Source of the DNA: Trypanosoma brucei
Lineage: Eukaryota
Assembly (NCBI GenBank): GCA_000002445.1
Contig: AL929603.2
Span: 896,001 to 960,000, forward strand
Length of the DNA: 64,000 bases
Direction: 5' to 3'
Part shown: positions 60,335-64,000 of the stretch, piece after piece
Position numbering within the stretch: the first letter of the stretch is position 1
Layout of the letters: each line of letters starts with the position of its first letter
Notes under the pieces: generated by a model
Databases searched by the model: none
Seen by the model: only the letters and a program-made list of their open reading frames with translations
Told to the model about the DNA's origin: nothing
Made by a program: the position numbers and the translations under genes

Positions 60335-63300
60335 TGACTTCTCTTTTTGTTGATTCGCTGCGAAAATTTTCATATATTAGTGTTTCTTATGCTTCGGTAT
60401 GAAAGTTTTTTCTCTGTCGTAATGATTCGTTACGACCATTGCAGCTGAGTCATTGAGTTTGTTCTCGGTGCGCGTGCCTTTGTGTGTTTTATATCTTCTT
60501 GTTTTACTTATGCTCGGAAGTGCATCTTTCTTTCATGTATGACGGAGTGTTCGTCTCTCTGTACGGTACTTTCTTGCTGGATGGAATGCAGTCTTTCCCT
60601 CCTTTTCCTTCTTTTTTTTTAATTTTTTTTTCTCTTCATTTATATTTTGTGTGTGTGTGTGTTTTTTTTTTATTATTTATATTATTTGATTGGAATGAAA
60701 GAGGCGCTCGCTTGGATGGGATAGTGTTGGGAGAGGTGTTTTGCTGTTCCCTTTCTCTTCTTTTTTTTTTGTTCGTGGGGCTGTTTGGAAGGCGGGAAAT
60801 AATATAATGATGAAAATTGTATAATGATGCAGTTTTATACCAGTTTATGAAAAAAAAAAAGAGGAAGAAAAGTCGGGGAATGGAAGTGAAAAAGAAAAAA
60901 TATAACAAAAGCAAAAGCATGCGCACATTTGTGTATGTATGATGATGTCTTATTATTGCTATTATTTTGTGTCTACCATCTTTGCTCGATTTTCTTTTCT
61001 CATCTTTGCTTTCGCTACATTTACTGAACTGTTTTTCTCTTATACACAAATATAAGTAAATATTTAAATATACCTTCATGAGAAAAGAGAAAAGAGAAAA
61101 GGGAAAAGAGAAAAAAGAAAAAGAAGCGAAAGAAACCGAAGCGAAAAAATGTTTCGGCTCCGCTTTCATTTTTCTGCATCCTCCTTTCTCTCTGTTTTTA
61201 TATCTTTTTGATATATATTTATTTATTTATTTATGTGTGTACGATGCAGCAGTCGGATACGTTTTGCTAATGTAGAACTGAGAGAGCAGGTTCCATTATT
61301 ATTATTATTAATATTCTTATTATTAATGATTTTAGTGGGAAACTCTTCTTTCTTTTTTTTTTTGTTCCCGTCGCAAGAGAAACAGGGAAATAATTGTGTG
61401 AAAAGGAAAAATAAATAAATAAATGAATAGTTGGAAGTGCATGGCCTTCTGTTTTCCTCACTGGAATTCATTTGTTCACCTAATGCAAAACTCAAAAAAA
61501 AAAAAAGCAAGAAATGAACAGAAGAGAGGGGGAAAAAAATGAGGGAAAAATAACTTGTTTTTGGGAGCAATTGGGACGTGTGCGACGGGGAGCTGAGCTG
61601 TTGGAATTTCATTTTATATTTGATTTTTCCAATTCACTTGACTTCATGTTAAGTCGGATTTCGGTTGCAGCAGTTTTATTTCATTTCATCTTTTTTGTGT
61701 GCTTTTTTTTTTCTTCTCCCCTCCTTTTCACCCTTCCATTCTTTCATCTTTTATTATTTTCATTATTACTTTGAGTGTAATTCTGCATCATATGTATATA
61801 TATATATATAAATATATTTATATATATAAATATATTTACATACATATATTTGTTATTTCATTTTATTCTCCCGCTTTCCAAACAGTTTTTTTTGTTTGCG
61901 CGTGTTCTTGCGAGTTTTATTATCAGTTTTATTATTATTATTATTGATGGTGTTTTCGTTTTTTTGTACTAAGTTTATAGAGTTATGGGAGGGAAAATGA
62001 AGGCACAAAAAGCAGAAAGAAAGAGGAAAAAAAAAGAAAAAAAATGAAGCTGAAATGATTTCGAGTGAAATTTTTTCTTTTCTTTTCTTTTTTTGCTCGT
62101 TTTTATTTCGTTTTGTTGGGTATTAATAAAATATTTGTTGCTATTATCTACAGAGAAGCAAACAAATATTTATTATTAATCTGTTCTTTCTTCTTTTTTT
62201 TCTTTTTGTGCCTTTTGAGTGGGCTTATATTATTCTTAATATCACTTCTCCCGATTATTATTATTATTATTAATATATTATTATTATTATCCGCCAGTGA
62301 GTCGCCATCATTATTCATTTTTCATCCATCTCAAGAAGATAAAACAAAACAAGACAACAGTAATAAAATCAATTTAGCAAAAAAAAAAGTGAAAATCGAA
62401 AAAAAATCGAAACATAAAAGAATATGGAAAAAAAAAAGAAGAGAAAATAATTATTAAAAAAAAAAGAAGGAAGGGAGAGGAGGTATTTGCTCCTTTTTGT
62501 TTTTGTTTTTGTTTTTTTTTCCACCCACACACGCTTAAAAGTTTGTATGACGTGCAGTCGTATGGCTGTAATTTTTCTGTTGTGCATTCTTTTGGTTTGT
62601 CTTTTTTTTTTTTCCTCCTCCCCCCCCCAATAATCTTCGTATTCTAGTTGTTTCTAATTATTCTCATATAAAATATATAAATATATAAATGAATATATAA
62701 ATGAAAGGTTAAATATATTTATATATATAAATATATATTTAATCAGATGTACAGATGTATGATTGCGTGTTGCTGATGAGTAGCCGCATATTTAATGTGT
62801 GGCGGGAGAGGTGATGAATCACTATTTGGCACGTGCGAAAGCGAAATGACGGTTTTCTTTTTATTATTATTATTATTGATGTTTTTTGTTTTGTTGCCTC
62901 TCTGATGTATTTCACCGTCATACCACCTTGTTCATTTTTTATATTTGTTTATTTATTAGTGTTTGTATATGCGTTTGTTTGTTTGTGTTTGTTTTTGTTT
63001 TTGTGTTTGTATTTGTGTTTGTGTAGTGAAGAAGATTATGATGATGATGATGATTATTATTATTATTATTATTATGAAAATGATGATGATAGCAAATGAA
63101 TTAGATAATTATATGGATATGAAAGTGTGTGAAACGGTACACGTGATTTGAAATGAATCGATGTAAATGAATTGCTAGTTTCCTTCTACATGAGGGTTCA
63201 ATTTATTTCATTTCATTTATGCATTTAAATATCTATTTGTTTAGTTAAAAACTTGCAAAAAAGAAAAAGAAAAAAAAAGGAAAGAAAAAAAAAAGGAAAA

Positions 63301-64000
63301 GAAAAAGAAAAATTAAAAATTAAAAAAAATGTGAAAAAAAAAAGAGTCAGACAGGCACAAAAACACAAACACGCAAACACACGCATATGCGCACACATAT
63401 AAATACACATATAGATAAATACAAATAATGATGGGAAAAAAAATGTAAATAGCTATTACTATTATTACTATTATTATTATTATTACTATTATTATTATTG
63501 TTATTAGTTCGTCATTATTATGAGTTTTCGCTTTTTGTTCATTCCCCATTTGCACAAAACATATGAAACACACACATGTATGCATATTCGCGTCCATTCG
63601 CTCATAGAAAGCAGAAAAGAAGAAACAAAAACAACAACAACAGCAACAACAACAGAAAAAAGATTCAAATGACAAAAATCATCAGAAGAAAAAAAAAGAA
63701 AAAAGAGAAAACGTTTATGTAAATATAATTAAGAAAAGTTACGTTAGCGTTTGGATGCGGGCGCATATTTATGTGTTTTGTGTGTTTTATGTGTGTGGAA
63801 TAAATGTTTGAGGAATGAAATAATGAGCTGGCAGAAGCTGACGGTACGAAATGACAGCAAAAAACAATAACAACACCCCTCATCTTTTTCTTTTTCTTCT
63901 TTTTTTTTTTTCATCATTTTCTGAATGGGAAATTTCCCTTCTTTTTCTTTTTTTTCTTTTTTTCTTCTTTTTTTTCCACTCATGAGTTTCATTTATTTAT

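Noticed and set aside
60636-61169. 177-aa minus-strand ORF downstream of CFB2-like gene
   Set aside because: Low-complexity K/F-rich translation of A-rich and T-rich simple sequence, antisense to the transcription direction.
1-64000. tRNA, rRNA, snRNA or SL RNA genes and retroposons (ingi/RIME/SLACS-like)
   Set aside because: Scanned by eye for tRNA T-loop (GGTTCGAATCC-like) and D-loop signatures, SL sequence and long RT-like ORFs. None found. The closest match (ggtttcgaaacc at ~16510) is inside the ABC-like CDS and lacks an acceptor stem.

Overview
This 64-kb window looks like trypanosomatid nuclear DNA and most resembles Trypanosoma brucei chromosome 1. Every credible protein-coding gene lies on the + strand, so the window sits inside a single polycistronic transcription unit. 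Genes are intron-less and separated by polypyrimidine tracts and by (TA)n, (GT)n and (CA)n microsatellites, as expected for trans-splicing and polyadenylation regions. There are no tRNA or rRNA genes, no CRISPR array and no retroelement ORFs.

The supplied ORF track evidently accepts GTG and TTG as start codons, so several gene starts were moved to the first in-frame ATG. The genes, in order:
- a Ser-rich hypothetical protein;
- two tandem paralogues with an N-terminal membrane anchor and a C-terminal SMP/TULIP lipid-transfer-like domain;
- a coiled-coil hypothetical protein;
- a large protein with two cold-shock domains;
- an ABC-type ATPase-like protein (membrane domain plus a single C-terminal nucleotide-binding domain);
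- a Slo/RCK-type K+ channel subunit with a TTGFGD selectivity filter, probably TbK1;
- a Cys-rich hypothetical protein;
- a Ctf4/AND-1-like WD40 and SepB-like protein with a very long tail;
- a GNAT N-acetyltransferase;
- a TVP38/DedA-family membrane protein;
- a coiled-coil protein with a C3HC4 RING finger.

The main feature is a 17.3-kb head-to-tail array (43018..60334) of five near-identical ~3.1-kb units. Each unit encodes a 527-aa protein with an F-box, an RRM-like fold and a C-terminal RxxHDPY motif (the MKT1-binding motif class), which matches CFB1. The array ends in a sixth, mosaic copy whose centre is identical to CFB1 but whose N- and C-termini have diverged, matching CFB2, the VSG-mRNA-stabilising F-box protein. 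Within the array the coding variants alternate in an ordered pattern, the intergenic spacers fall into two length classes (27-nt and 25-nt minisatellites plus a CA repeat), and CFB2 shows clear gene-conversion mosaicism. All gene and family names here are recalled from memory and were not checked against a database.
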